A stretch of 64,000 nt of DNA, from NCBI RefSeq assembly GCF_044704955.1, contig NC_091997.1, positions 85,808,001 through 85,872,000 of the forward strand, in the 5' to 3' direction. Below the pieces are notes generated by a model, which was not told the origin of the DNA, did not search any database, and was given only the letters and a program-made list of their open reading frames with translations. The translations under genes and the position numbers were made by a program. Source of the stretch: Pristiophorus japonicus. Taxonomy: Eukaryota. This document shows, one piece after another, positions 25,010-38,608 of this stretch (position 1 is its first letter; each line of letters starts with the position of its first letter).

Positions 25010-25440
25010 ACAAGAAAAAAGATTTGCATATACCTTCCACAACCTCAGGACATTCCAAAGCATTTTACAGCCAATTAAGTCCTTTTTTTGAAGTGTAGTC
25101 ACTGCTGTCGGAAACGTTGCAGTTTACGCTGAGCAAGGTCCCTCAAACAGCAGTATGAGAATGAGCAGATAATCTGTTTTAGTAATGTTGGTTGGGTGAT
25201 AACTATTCACCAGGGCAGCGGGGATAACTCCCCTGCTCTTCTTCAAAATAGTGTGATGGGACCTTTAATGTCCACCTGAGTGGGTAGACGGGGCCTCGGC
25301 TAAACAGCTCATTCAAAAGATGGCACCTCTGACAGTGCAGCACTCTCTCAGAGGGTCGGCGTAGATTTTGCACTCAAGTCTCTGAAGTGGGACCTGAACC
25401 TACAACCCTCTGACTCAGAAACAAAATGCCTACCCACTGA
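25010..25440 (-). mobile_element. Deu-domain SINE including tRNA-like head
   Basis: Reverse complement of the 5180-5530 element; B-box-like GGTTCAGGTCC on minus at ~25390-25400. Confidence 0.75.
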
Positions 25441-25789
25441 AGCACAGTTGACAGCATGTGAAAAAGAACTTGAATTTATAGAGAGCATCTAAAGTGGGGC
25501 AAGGTCGTGCGGTGTTTTGTAAATGTGGAAATGCAGGGAAGGACGTGAGCTCGATGTAGGAGGAGAGTGAGTGGAAGTGGCAAATGTCTCGGTTAAAGAG
25601 GTAAGTTTTAAAGAACCTTTTGCAGATGCCAAAGATGTGCCAAGGTGGAGGGTGAGGGGTTAAGGGAGAGAATAGCAGAGTGTGGGGCATAAAGGCTGAG
25701 GGCTGAGCAAGTGGTGGTGAAGGATAAGGTTTCTTAAATCAATGCAGTGGGCCACAGAGGAGGCCAAAGTCAGATGAAGCCATGGAGAG

Positions 25790-27135
25790 ATAGGTAACTA
25801 GCCACTTAGCCTGACATCAGTAGTAAGCAAAATGCTAGAATCAATTATTAGGGACGTGGTATCAGGGCAATTAGAAAATCATAATATGATTACGCAGAGT
25901 CAATATTGTTTTATGAAAGGGAAATCATGTTTGACAAATCTGTTAAGAGTTTTTTGAAGATGTAACTGATAAGATTGATAAGGGGGAATCAGTGGTTTTG
26001 TATTTTCAAAAAGCATTCGATATGGTGCCACAGAAGAGGTTATTAGTCAAAATTAGGACTCATGGTACTTGGGGGTAATATATCAGCATGGATTGAGGAT
26101 TGGTTAATGGACAGAAAACATAGAGTAGGAATAAACGGGACTTTTTCGGGTTGGCAGGCTGTAACTACAAGAATCAGTGCTGGGGCCTCAGCTGTTTAAT
26201 GACTTAGATGAAGGAGTTGAGTGTAAAATATCCAAGTTTCCTGATGATACAAAGTTAGGTGGGAAAATAAGCTGTGAGGAGGACGCAAAGAGGCTGCAGA
26301 GAGATATAGACAGGTTGACTGAGTGGACAAGAACATGGCAAATGGAATAGAATGGAAGTGTGAAGTTAACCACTTTGGTAGGAAAAACAAAAATGCAGAA
26401 TATCTTTTGAATGGTGAGAGACTGGGAAATGTTTGCACTCAGAGGGACCTGGGGGTCCTTGTACATGAATCACAGAAAGTTAACATTCAGGTACAGCAAG
26501 CAACTAAGAAAGCAAATGGTATGTTAGCTTTTGTTACAAAGGGATTAGAATATAAAAGTAAAGAAGTCTTACTACAATTATACAGGGCATTGGTGAGGCT
26601 ACACCTGGAGTACTGTGTACAGTTCTGGTCTCCTTACCTCAGGAAAGACATCCTTGCCTTAGAGGGGCTGTAGCGAAGATTCACTAGACAGGTTCCTGGG
26701 ATGAGGGGATTGCCATATGAGGAGAGATTGAGTAGACTAAGCCTATATTCCTTTGAGTTTAGGTGATCTAATTGAAAAATATAAATTTCTTAAGGGGCTT
26801 GACAGGGCTAATGCTGGGAAATTGTTTCCCCAGGCTGGGGAATCTCGAACACGGGATCACAGTCACAGAATAAAAGGTACGCCATTTAGGACTGAGATAA
26901 GCAGACATTTCCTCAAAGGGGTGTGAATCTTGGAATTCTCTACCCCAGAGAGCTGTTGCATATATTCAAGATAGTGGTCGATACATTTTTGGGAACAAAG
27001 GGAATTAAGGGATATGGGAATACTGCGGGAAGGTGGATTGAGGTAGAAAATTAGCCATGATCTTGCTGAATGGCGGAGCAGACTCAAGGGACCAAATGAC
27101 CTACTTCAGCTTCTACTTTTTATGTTCTTATATTT
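25790..27135 (+). mobile_element. CR1 LINE, 5'-truncated and degenerate
   Basis: [33 protein letters not shown] motifs with stops; 3' tail at ~27115-27130. Confidence 0.9.
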
Positions 27136-27139
27136 GTAT

Positions 27140-28140
27140 GCTATGCCAGTGGTGGAGGGAGTGTATATTTAATCTGGTGGATGGATGGGGTGTCAACAAG
27201 CGATCTGTCTTATCCTGGATGGTGTTGAGCTTCTTGAAAGTTGTTGCTGCTGCACTCATCCAAAAGTGGAGAGTATTTCATCACACTCCTGACTTGTGCC
27301 TTGTAGATGGTGGAGAGGGTTTGGGATTCAGGAGGTAAGACACTCATCACAGAATATCCAGCCTCTGACCTGCTCTTGTTGTCACATCATTTATATATCT
27401 GGTTGAGTTTTGTTTCTGATGAATGATGACCTCCCCTGGATGTTGATGGTGTGAGATTCAACTATGGTAATGCCATTGAATATCAATAGAGGTGGTTAGA
27501 ATCTGTTTGGAGATGGTCATTGCCTGGCGCTTGTGTGGTGCAATTGTTACTTGCCACTTATCAGCTTAAGCCTAGACGTTGTCCCGGTCTTGCTGCATGT
27601 GGGCACGGACTGTTACAATATCTGAGGAGTTGTGAATGGAGCGGAACACTGTGAAATCATGAGTGAACAGCCCCACTTCTGTCATGATGGAGAGTAGGTC
27701 ATTGATGAAGCAGCTGAGGATAGTTGGGCCTGGGATACTGTCCTAGGAGGGTAAAGGACGGTTTTGAATTCAGTGCCTGGGGGGAGGTCAGTGAGGACAG
27801 GAGTGATTAGTGAGTAGGATGCCATGTGAGACAGAATGTGGATAATGGGTTCCGACTGAGTCTGTTATCGGTGAAGTTCAGGAGGCTGATGAGGAAAGGA
27901 TTGTAGATGTCCATGGCCATGGTGATGAAGCTTTGGAGGAGAGTTCCAGCGACACTGAGGATGAGGTGGGAATGGAGGCAGGCACTGTTTGGAAGGGGGA
28001 GTCACAACATCTGGTGGTGGGCTGGATGTTTGTTTCAAGTTCAGCTCAGGGTCAAATAGGGTCAGTATGTACTGGAACCTAACGGGATGGCTTTGGTTTT
28101 TCCAACTTTGAAGCTGGTAAAGTTCTGGTTTGTCCAGAAC
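27140..28140 (-). mobile_element. Two degenerate non-LTR retrotransposon fragments (RT C-terminal 27140-27745; L2-like 27745-28140)
   Basis: Minus strand WMSAAATTFKKLNTIQDK and LFDPELN-type segments; clade uncertain. Confidence 0.55.
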
Positions 28141-28258
28141 TTGATGCAGATAAGAAATCAGAAATGCAGAAATATTGATACATTCCAAGCAACCATGGAA
28201 ATATTGATACCTTCCAATGACCCTCTGCAAATATTGATATATTCCAAGCAAACCCATG

Positions 28259-31200
28259 AAACATAGAAACATAGAAACATAGAAAATAGGTGCAGGAGTA
28301 GGCCATTTGGCCCTTCGAGCCTGCACCACCATTCGATGAGATCATGGCTGATCATTCCCTCAGTACCCCTTTCCTGCTTTCCATACCCCTTGATCCCTTT
28401 AGCCGTAAGGGCCATATCTAACTCTCTCTTGAATATATCCAACGAACCGGCATCAACAACTCTCTGCGGCAGGGATTTCTACGGGTTAACAACTCTCTGA
28501 GTAAAGAAGTTTCCCCTCATCTCAGTCCTAAATGGCCTACCCCTTATCCTAAGACTGTGTCCCCTGGTTCTGGACTTCCCCAACATCAGGAACAATCTAC
28601 CCGCATCTAACCTGTCCCGTCCCGTCAAATTCTTATATGTTTCTATGAGAGCCCCTCTCATCCTTCTAAACTCCAATGTATAAAGGCCCAGTTGATCCAG
28701 TCTCTCCTCATATGTCAGTCCGGCCATCCCGGGAATCAGTCTGGTGAATCTTCACTGCACTCCCTCAATAGTCCTTCCTCAGATTAGGAGACCAAAAGTG
28801 AACACAATAATCCAGGTAAGGCCTCACCAAGGCCCTGTACAACTGCAGTAAGACCTCCCTGCTCCTATACTCAAATCCCCTAGCTATGAAGGCCAACATA
28901 CCATTTGCCTTCTTTACCGCCTGCTGCACCTGTATGCCAACCTTCAATGACTGATGCAACATGACACCCAGGTCTCGTTGCACCTCCCTTTTTCCTAATC
29001 TGCCACCATTCAGATAATATTCTGTCTGCGCGCTTTTGCCCCCAAAGTGGATAACCTCACATTATACTCCATCTGCCAAATTTTTGCCCACTCACTTAGC
29101 CTGTCTTTGTCCTTTTGCAGATTTTGTGTGTCCTCCTCACACATTGCTTTTCCTCCCATCTTTGTATCGTCGGCAAACTTGGCTACGTTACACTCAGTCC
29201 CTTCTTCCAAGTCGTTAATATAGATTGTAAATAGTTGAGGTCCCAGCAATGATCCCTGCAGCACCCCACTCATTGCCAACCCGAGCATGAACCAGAGAGC
29301 CCTACTCTCTATTTTCTGTTCATTAGCCAATCCTCTATCCATGTTAATATATTACCACCAACCCGGTGAAATTTATCTTGTGCATTAACCTTTTATGTGG
29401 CACCTTGTCAAATGCCTTCTGGATGTCCAAATATACCACATCCACTGGTTCCCCTTTATCCACCCTGTTGGTTACATCCTCAAAGAATTCTAGCAAATTT
29501 GTCAAACATGACTTCCCCTTCACAAATCCATGCTGATTCTGCCTGATCGAATTTTGCTTTTCCAAATGTCCTGCTACTGCTTCTTTAAGAATGGACTCCA
29601 ACATCTTCCCAACCACAGATGTTAGGCTAACTGGTCTAAAATTTCCTGCTTTTTGTCTGATTCCTTTTTTAAATAGGAGCGTTACATTTGCAGTTTTCCA
29701 ATCTGCTGGGACCTCCCCAGAATCTAGGGAATTTTGGTAAATTACAACCAATGCATCCACAATCCTTGCCGCTACTTCTCTTAAAACCCGAGGATGCAAG
29801 TCATCATGTCCAGTGGATTTATCTGCCTTTGGTCCCATTGGGCCCAAGTTTTGAGCCGCGTCTAGAACAGCACAGTCCCGACCTGGACGCCCGTTTTTCG
29901 CGCCACAACATGCGCCTAAAAAAAACTTCCAAATTTTCCGGCTCTCTGCAGGTCGTTTGCAGCTCGGCGCAGCACAGCAGGAGCTGTAGGGGGCGGAGCC
30001 GAGTCCCTGCGCTGAAAACAGTGCCGGGACCTCTGCACATGCGCGCTACAGTGGGCGCGCATGTGCAGTAGCTCCAGGCGCCCGAAACTGTGTGGGAGGG
30101 GCCCGAAGCACGCAGCCCCTAGCCCTGGCCCAATGGCCTCACTGGGGCTGCGTGAATAAGGCCACTCCCACGGCCAGCTCCTGCTTCCTCCCGACCCGAC
30201 TCGACTCCCGCTTCCCGCCCCCGCCTCCGGACCGGACCCGACCCCGACACCGACACCAACACCGACCCGACTCCCGCTTCCCACCCCCCCCACCCCGCCG
30301 CCCCCGGACCGGACTGGACCCGACCCCCCGGACCGGACCGGACCCGACCCCCCGGACTGGACCCGACCCGACTCCCGCTTCCATCCCCCCCGACCCGAAC
30401 TGAACCGACCTCCCTCCCACCACCCCCCCGACCCGACCCACGCTCCCCACGACCCGACCCACGATCGCGACCCGACCCAACGCCACCTACCTGTAAATCT
30501 GATGCTGGTGACGGGCCATGCCCAAAGTCTTGGGCCCGGCCGGGCCCGGCCCCTTCAGCCTCCCTCCCCCTTCTCCTTTCCCCCCCCGCCATCTCCTTCC
30601 CCCCCACCATCTCCTTTCCCCCCCACCATCTCCTTTCACCCCCATCTCCTTCCCCCCACCATCTCCTTTCCCCCCATCTCCTTTCCCCCTATCTCCTTCC
30701 CCCCACCATCTCCTTTCCCCCTCCCCCTTCTCCTCCTCCCCCCCTTCTCCCCCTCCTCCTTCTCCCCCCCTCCCCCTTCCCCCTTCTCCCCCCCTCCCCC
30801 TTCTCCCCCTTCTGCACTCGATGAACTGTTCCTCAAGGCTACCCTGACCAATTTGATTTGTCCAATCAACATGGAGGTTAAAATCACCCATGATTACTGC
30901 TATTCCCTTTTTACAAGCCCCCACAATTTCCTGATTTATGCTCCGACCAACAGAGTTGCTGCTGTTAGGGGCCTATAGACTACGCCCACCAGTGACTTTT
31001 TCCCCTTATTATTCCTTATCTCCACCCAAACTGTTTCAACATCCTGATCATTTGAGCCAATATCGTTTCTCACTATTGCAGTGATTCCATCCTTTATCAA
31101 CACCTCCTTTTCCTTTCTGTCTGTCCCTCCGGATTGTCATTTACCTCTGAATATTTAATTCCCAGTCCTGGTTACCTTGCAACCAGGTCTCTGTAATGGC

Positions 31201-32700
31201 TATCAGATCATACCCATTTGTCTCAATTTGTGCCTTCAACTCATCTATTTTGTTATAAATGCAACATGCATTTAGACAAAGTGCATTTAAATTTGTTTTT
31301 TTTTACCCTTTTTTCCTGCTTGTTTCCTCTCTCCTTCAAACTTACTTTTTTTATCTTTGCTTTCTAATTTCAGCTTTTCTTCCCTCCCTACTGAATCTAT
31401 TCCCATCTCCCTGCCAAGCTAGTTTAAACCCTCCCCAACAGCATTAGCAAACCACCCCGCCAGGATATTGGTCCCGGCGCTGTTGAGGTGCAACCCATAC
31501 AGATTCCACCTCCCCCAAAAGCGGTCCTAATGCCTCAGAAAACTAAAGCCCTCCCACCTGCACCATCTCTCCAGCTACGTATTCATCTGCTCTATCCTTC
31601 TAGTTCTGTACTCACTAGCTCATGGCACTGGGAGTAATCCGGAGATTACTACCTTTGAGGTCCTGCTTTTTAATCTCTCGCCTAGCTCCCTAAACTCTGC
31701 ATGCAGGACCTCATCCCTCTTCCTACCAATGTCATTGGTACCAATGTGGATCACGACCTCTGGCTGTTCACCCTCTCCCCCCAGAATGCCCTCCAGCCAC
31801 TCTGTGACATCCTTGACCCTGGCCCCAGGGAGGCAAAACCATCCTGGAGTCATGTCTGCGGCTGCAGAAACTCCTGTCTGCTCCCCTGACTATCGAATCC
31901 CCTACCACTATAGCTCTTCCATTCTTCTTCCTCTCCCCCCGCTGTGCAGCTGAGCCACCCGTGTTGCCATGGACTTGGCTCTGGCTGCACTCCCCAGAGC
32001 CACCATCGCCCTCACCGGTACTCAGAACAGGGTACCAGTTGGAGAGCGAGATGGACTCAGGAGACTCCTCCACTACCTGCCTAGACATCCTCTTCTGTCC
32101 AGGGGTCACCCACTCCCTATCTGCCTACACGCTCTTAAGCTGTGGGGTGACCGCCTCTAGAAATGTGCTATCCACGTAGCTCTCAGTCTCGCGGATGCAC
32201 CGCAGTGACTCCAGCTGCTGCTCAAGCTCCAAAACACGGAGCTCAAGTTGGTGCAGCTCAGCTGGAGACACCTCGTGCACACGTGGTCATCCAGGCTGCG
32301 CAAAGCATCCAGGATTTCCCACATGCCACAGGATGTGCAATCCACGGGACTAAGCTGCCCTGCCATGCCTCGAGTTACATTCGCAACGATCGAGTAGAAG
32401 TAAACTCTAAACCTTAGCAAAACACAGCCAGCCGCTACTCAGCAAACAGCTGATTTAGTTCATTGGTTCTCCTTAGATAATAAAGATCACATATATTTAA
32501 TTGTAGTTCCTAACTTATAACAGTGCCCAAGGTTTCTTAAAGAAAAGAAAGAAAAGAAAAAGAAAAAATACTCACCAATCCACCAGCCAATCACTTACCT
32601 GCTTGGCTGTGACGTCACACTTTGATTTTAATTGTTTTTTCTTTGTTCTTTTACCCTGCTGCAGCTGGCTGCTCCCGATCTGCCGCTGCTCCAAACTGCC
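28259..32700 (-). mobile_element. CR1 LINE with 5' UTR, ORF1 (Zn finger + SGNH esterase) and ORF2 (EN, RT), internally interrupted and partly deleted
   Basis: (TTCTATGT)n tail at 28259-28285; FADDTK; IMGDFNL; AIVVGDSIVRG and HIGTNDIG; CTSCGMWE...HVCTRC. Confidence 0.92.
29840..30812. mobile_element. GC-rich Harbinger-type non-autonomous fragment replacing part of CR1 ORF2
   Basis: Starts GGGCCCAAGTTT like the Harbinger TIR; CCCGA and CCATCTCC repeats; only one TIR visible. Confidence 0.55.
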
Positions 32701-32719
32701 CACCCTTTGTACTTCCTCG

Positions 32720-33215
32720 GCATATATTGCTACATTCCAATGATCCTCTGCAAATACTTAGATATGTCAAAGGGCTTCTGCAAATATTGATACAGCCCAA
32801 TGACACTCTTGAAATATTGATACTTTCAAGGAACCTCTGCAAATAATGATACATTCCATTGACTTTCTGCAAAAATTGATACATTCCAAAGGCTTTCTGC
32901 AAAAATTGATGCATTCCAATAACCCTCTGCAAATATTGATAAATTCCAAGGGACCCCCTGAAAATATTGATACATTCCAAGGGACCCTCTGCAAATATTG
33001 ATACATTCCAAGGGACCCTCTGCAAATATTGATACATTCCAAGGGAGCCTCTGCAAATATTGATACATTCCAATGACCCTCTGCAATTATTGATACTTTC
33101 AAGGAAACTCTACAAATATTGATACATTCCAAGATACTGCAAATATTGATACATTCCAAGGGACTCTGTGCAAATATTGATACGTTCCAAGATGCTGTAA
33201 TTATTGATACACTTC
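32720..33215. repeat. ~30-bp minisatellite (CAAATATTGATACATTCCAAGGGACCCTCTG-like); about three more units at 28170-28255
   Basis: Same unit on both sides of the CR1 at 28259-32700. Confidence 0.92.
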
Positions 33216-33569
33216 TGGGATACTCCTGTCATAACTTGGCACAAATGCTTTGTGTAACAAGGTGGGGAGCACAAGTATGACCACTGACACACCATCAGTG
33301 CCCACGCGTTCCAGGTGGCTCAATAATTGTGCAACTATTCACTACTGCGGGCAAAGTGGAGGAATTACCTCAACTCACTTCACATGCCAGCTTCTAAGGA
33401 ATCACCGGGTGAGGGGGACCTTGTGTGGGGAGTCCCTGCTCATGGTATCCCTCCTCTCCTCGATGATGTTGGTCTTGTACAAAGGGTTATCTGAGGCTCC
33501 ACCCCTTGGAAGTCAAGTTGGAAACTCCTATCAATCTGATGCACCTAGGGGTTTGCTACATAGGGTTAC

Positions 33570-34110
33570 ATAGGATATACAGCACAGAAACAGGCCATTC
33601 GGCCCAACCAGTCCATTCCAGTGTTTTTGCTCCACTCGAGCCTCCTCCCGTCTTTCCTCATCTAAAACTATCAGCATAACCTTCTATTCTCTTCTCCCTC
33701 ATATGCCTGTCTAGCCTCCCCTTAAATTCATCTACATTATTCACTTCAACCACACCCTGCGGTAGCGAGTTCCACATTCTCACCACTCTCTGGGTAAAGG
33801 AGTTTCTTCTGAATTCCCGATTGGATTTCTTGGTGACTATCTTATATTGATGGCCTCTAGTTATGCTCTTCCCCACAAGTGGAAACATTGTCTCCGTATC
33901 CACTCTATCAAAATCGCTCATCATTTTAAAGACCTCTGTTAGGTCACCCCTCAGCCTTCTTTTTTCAAGATAAAAGAGACCCAACCTTTTCATCCTTTCC
34001 TCATAAGTATACCCTCGCATTTCTGGTATCATCCTTATAAATCTTCTCTGAACCCTCTCCAGTGCTTCCATATCCTTTTTATAATACGGCGACCAGAACT
34101 GTACGCAGAA
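33570..34110 (-). mobile_element. CR1 LINE 3' fragment
   Basis: ALERVQRRFIRMIP...RRLRGDL...FTQRVVRMWNSLP. Confidence 0.9.
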
Positions 34111-34916
34111 CAGGTGCAGCGCCTAAGACCCGAAACCCTCGGGACCGAGGCCATTCCGGATTCTGGGTTTTTCTGGACTTTCAATTTGCTTTCTGCCCAG
34201 GTTTGAGTATTTCCGGATTTCGGAACATCTGAAAGGAGGGAGGGGGGTGGGGGCGCGGTGGTGGATTCCCACCAAGGAGCTGTTCGGGCCGCCTGGACCT
34301 GCTGCCAAGGATGATGTCAGCAGGTAGGCCCCGCCCAGGAGGTTGCTGTCGGGTGGGTGGGCCCCTCCGAGGATGATGTCGTCAGATGAGCCCCGCCCAG
34401 GAGGTCATCGTCAGTGGGCCCCGCCCAGGAGGTTGCTGTCGGGTGGGTGGGCCCCTCCGAGGATGATGTCGGCAGGTGGGCCCCGCCCAGGAGGTCATTG
34501 TCAGGCAGGTGGGCCCCGCCGAGGAGATCATCATCAGGTGGGCCCCGGCGAGGAGATCATCATCAGGTGGGCCCCAGCGAGGAGATCATCATCAGTGGGC
34601 CCCAGCGAGGAGGTCATCATCAGGTGGGCCCCGGCGAGGAGATCATCATCAGTGGGCCCCAGCGAGGAGGTCATCATCGGGTGGGTTGGCGAGGAGACCT
34701 CGAGGTAAGGGCAGCGACGTTGAGGTGAGCGGGGCTGGATGAGCTGTAGCGAGGCCCAAGGTTGGGCAGCAATGGGGCCCCGAGGTGGGCAGGGTCATCG
34801 AGTCCAAATTTCCGGAACATTTTACGGATTCTGGACAACCCTACCACCAATCGTCCTGGAGTCTGGATTCCGGAACATTCTGGATTCTGGACTCCGGATT
34901 CTCAATGCTGCACCTG
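34111..34916. mobile_element. MITE of Tc1/mariner-pogo type with internal ~30-bp GC-rich tandem array (34315-34690)
   Basis: TIRs CAGGTGCAGC / GCTGCACCTG, AA/TA flanks at an inferred TA site of the CR1; subterminal TTCCGGA repeats. Confidence 0.7.
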
Positions 34917-35717
34917 TACTCTAAGGCCCTGGAATTGGTGGAAGCTAAGTTCTGCCCAAAGGACCGCTGAGATCCTGACGGTACTTTGGCCGGAAGTTTC
35001 ATGGAAAAATCTTGGAAAGACCGCCCAGCGGCAAAAATGGGACTTACGCCCTGAATCTGGGCGGCAGCGGGAGGTAGTTCCCATTCTCGGCGGCAAATGC
35101 AATCCTCAGCTAAGTACGAGGGCGGAACTGATAAAATTAAACATTTTCACAAAATTAAAAAAACACTAGAAATCCTTCAGCGGACCCCATCCACCCGAAT
35201 CCCTGCAAAAGAAATAAAGAAAAGAACTGCACTTACCTTTTATTGCAGGTCTTCATACTTACCGTTGAGGTTAGACCTGCCTTCACGCGGCGGGCTTGTC
35301 CCCTGCTGGAGCGGAGGACCGCCCGGACCAAACTGTCAGCATTTACAATCATTCTCTCTGAAACTGACCCGAACTTCAGGATGTTGTGCATCTAAACGCG
35401 GAAATCCTGACGTTGCGGTCAGTCATTCAACACTCTGACACAGGCGACGCTGTGGATCCCCTACCACCGACCCCACCCCGTATTGCCGGCAATCAGTGAA
35501 ATCAGTGCAGCTTTCCCACGCTAATTTTGCTGTTAAACACTCCATGAAATGTTAAGCCTTGTTAGATTAGGTGTAACTGGGGTTTTGACCAACAGTGTAT
35601 TGACTGCAAAAAAAAAATCACGATTCCTTAATTTCCTGTGAGAGGCTTTGTTTCACGTTGACTGTTTAATGAGCTTTCCTGTCTCTATCTCTATCCCATT
35701 CTTCCCTTTCCCCGCAG

Positions 35718-36119
35718 GATCCACTTATCTCTTCTTCCGAGGACCAGGAGATGTCACCACTCTGCAATGCAACGTGCCCACCGGTGCTGGGAATAAAGTA
35801 ACCTTGTGCAGCTCCAGTGATCCCAGGTCAGAAATGGGTGAAATAAAATGTCAGCACCCAAAGAACGAGAAGCCATGTGATGAAAATATCGGTCCTCAAG
35901 GGAGAAAAGGACACAGTGAGCCAGAGTGTACAAAATGCAAATTACATGACGACCAAACGGAGTCTCTGACATTCGCTGTGAAGACGATTAACTCGATGGT
36001 GTTTACCTTCATGGCTCAGGATTCCACAGAAGGAGGGGCATTGGAGTGTCCGTCCTGGCTCACACTGTCACAGCCGGGATGTGAAAACCACGACTTGTTC
36101 TTTGTGATAACCCAGGATG
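35718..36119 (+). CDS. Gene B exon 2: atypical cysteine-rich extracellular domain (134 codons, 8 Cys), possibly divergent Ig fold
   Basis: Strong polypyrimidine tract + gcAG, GTAGGT donor, phase 1-1, open frame (G)STYLFFRGPGDVTTLQC...GCENHDLFFVITQD. Confidence 0.75.
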
Positions 36120-36294
36120 GTAGGTGCACTGGGGCAGTACCGCGGTAGGGATCAGGGAAGGTATTGGGGCAATATCCGGGGAGGTATTGGGTATGTATCG
36201 GGAGAGGTATTGCGGGGACACATAATGTAAGGTATAAAAACAGAAAATGCTGGAAATCTCAGCAGGTCAGGCAGCATCTGTGGAGAGGAAGCAG

Positions 36295-36331
36295 AGTTAA
36301 CGTTTCGGGTCGATGACCCTTCGTCAGAACT
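36295..36331 (-). ncRNA. Minimal hammerhead ribozyme motif
   Basis: AGUU-CUGACGA-A-GGGUC-AUC-GACCC-GAAAC-GUU-AACU on minus strand. Confidence 0.65.
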
Positions 36332-38571
36332 GGAGAGTGTTCAGAAAGAACACATTCTGAACAAGCCCTGAAAGGGAGAGGGGAAGAAAGAACAAAAGGG
36401 AAGGTCTGTAATAGGGTGGAAGACAGGAGAGATTAGAGAGACAAAAGGGATGATGGGCCAAATTCAAATGGTAATGCCAGGAGTGAGAAAAACATTAGTC
36501 AAGATAGGGTGTGAATGGTGGGATAATGACCAACTGCCATTAGAGACACGGAGAAATGGGGGAGGCAGTGGCGAAGGGAGTCAGAGATTGGCAGAGGTTC
36601 TGGTCTGAAATTGTTGAACTCAATATTGAGTCCAGAAGGCTGTAAAGTGGCTAAACGAAAGATGATGCCACATGTATGCTCTCGACCTCTCTCTTCAGCA
36701 GCACCGAATCACTCTATCTCTAAGCTGTCCTGGTCCGCAGTTCCATTTCATCCTTCGCCTCATCCGGGGCTTTAGCCAAAACCTTTTTCCTTCCTTTCAG
36801 ATGTCAAGGATCGTAAACTTCAACAACTCTTGGACACCAATGCCCCCTCCGAAACCTTCTTCCCCCACAATTCCCTCTGATCCCATCCCTTCTTCCAATC
36901 TCACCCCCTGCCGTGTTTTCACTATCCCCTCTGACCTTCCGCTCTCTGACCCCGAACAATCAGTCCTCAGCAAAGGACTGAGCTTCATCCCCTTATGCCC
37001 CCACCTCAATGAATATCGAGCTCGCACGTTGCTGAGCTATTTTTCCAGTGACTTCGTCTCTGTGCCCACTTCTTCAGCCAGGAGTCTTCCCCCATTCTCT
37101 CATTTTCAGAACTCTCGCTCTACCTGGGCCCCTCCCTCTGACCTCTTACCCTCTCTGGACTTCCTCATTGCAAACTGCCAAGGGGACATCGGCCGTCTCA
37201 ATTTCTCTGCTCCAACCTAACACCCTCTGAACTTGCAAACTCCACTCGCTCAGATCCAACCCCAACCTTGTGAATTAAACCTGCTGACAAGGGCAGCGCT
37301 GTTGATGTTTGGCGAACCAACCTCTACCTTGCAGAGGCTGATCGTCAACTCTCTGACACCTCCTCCTACCTCTCCCTGGATCATGACCCCACTACTGAAC
37401 ATCAAGCCATCATTTCCCAGACCATTACTGACCCCATCTCCTCTGGAGATCTTCCCTCCACAGCCACCAACCTCATAGTTCCCCAACCCCACACAGCCCG
37501 CTGATTCCCACCGTTACCTGGACTACACATCCTCCCACCCTGCATCCTGTAAGGACTCCATTCCATTCTGCCAGTTTCTCCGTCGCATCTGCTCTGACGA
37601 CGCCACCTTCGACACTAGTGCCGCTGACATGTCTTCCTTTTTCCTCAACCGAGGATTCCCCTACACTGTGGTTACCATGACCCTTGACCGTGTCCATTCT
37701 ATTTCCTGCACTTCTGCTCTCACCCCTTCCCCTCCCTCTCAGAACCACGACAGGGTCCTCACCTTTCATCCCACCAGCCTCCACGTTCAACGGATCATCC
37801 ACCATTTCCGCCACCTCCAGCATGATTCCACCACCTTCCCCCCCCCCTCTCCATTCTGCAGTCACCCCAAGCAGCTGCCCCCACTTCCCACGGCACCTTC
37901 CCATGCAAGCGCAGGAGATGCACCACCTGCCCTTTTACCCCCTCCCTCCCCACTATCCAGGGCCTCAAATACTCCTTCCATGTGAAACAGCGATTTATTT
38001 GTTCTTCATTCAATTTAGTATGCTGTATTCGTTGCTCACGATGTAGTCTCCTCTACATTGGGGAGACCAAGTGTAGATTGGGTGACCACTTTGTGGAGCA
38101 CCTCCGTTTAGTCTGCAAGTGTGACCCTGAGCTTCCAGTGGCCTGTCACTTTAATTCTCCACTCCACTCTCACTCTGACCTCTCCGCCCTCGGCCTCTTA
38201 CACTGTTCCAACGAAGTTCAACTCAAGCTCGAGGAACAGCACCTCATCTTTTGTTTAGGCACTTTACAGCCTTCTGGACTCAACATTGAGTTCAACAATT
38301 TCAGAGCATGGCCACTGCCAATCTCCACCCCACCCCCCGACCCAGAGCCTGTTTGTTTCTTTTGTTTCTCCGTGTCTCTAATGGTAGTTGGTCATTATCC
38401 CACCACTCACACCCTATCTTGACTAATGTTTTCCTATTTGAAGTTGGACCATCATCCCTTTTGTCTCTAATCTCTCCTGTCTTCCACCCTATCACAGACC
38501 TTCCCTTTTGTTCTTTCTTCCCCTCCCCCTTTCAGTGCTGATCAAGAATCTGTTCTTTTCGAACACTCTCC

Positions 38572-38608
38572 AGTTCTGACGAAGGGTCATCGACCCGAAA
38601 CGTTATCT
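38572..38608 (+). ncRNA. Minimal hammerhead ribozyme motif, sense to gene B
   Basis: AGUU-CUGACGA-A-GGGUC-AUC-GACCC-GAAAC-GUU-AUCU; one mismatch in stem I. Confidence 0.6.

Noticed and set aside
32651-33295. Cys-rich repeat proteins (LECINIC...)
   Set aside because: Translations of the ~30-bp minisatellite.
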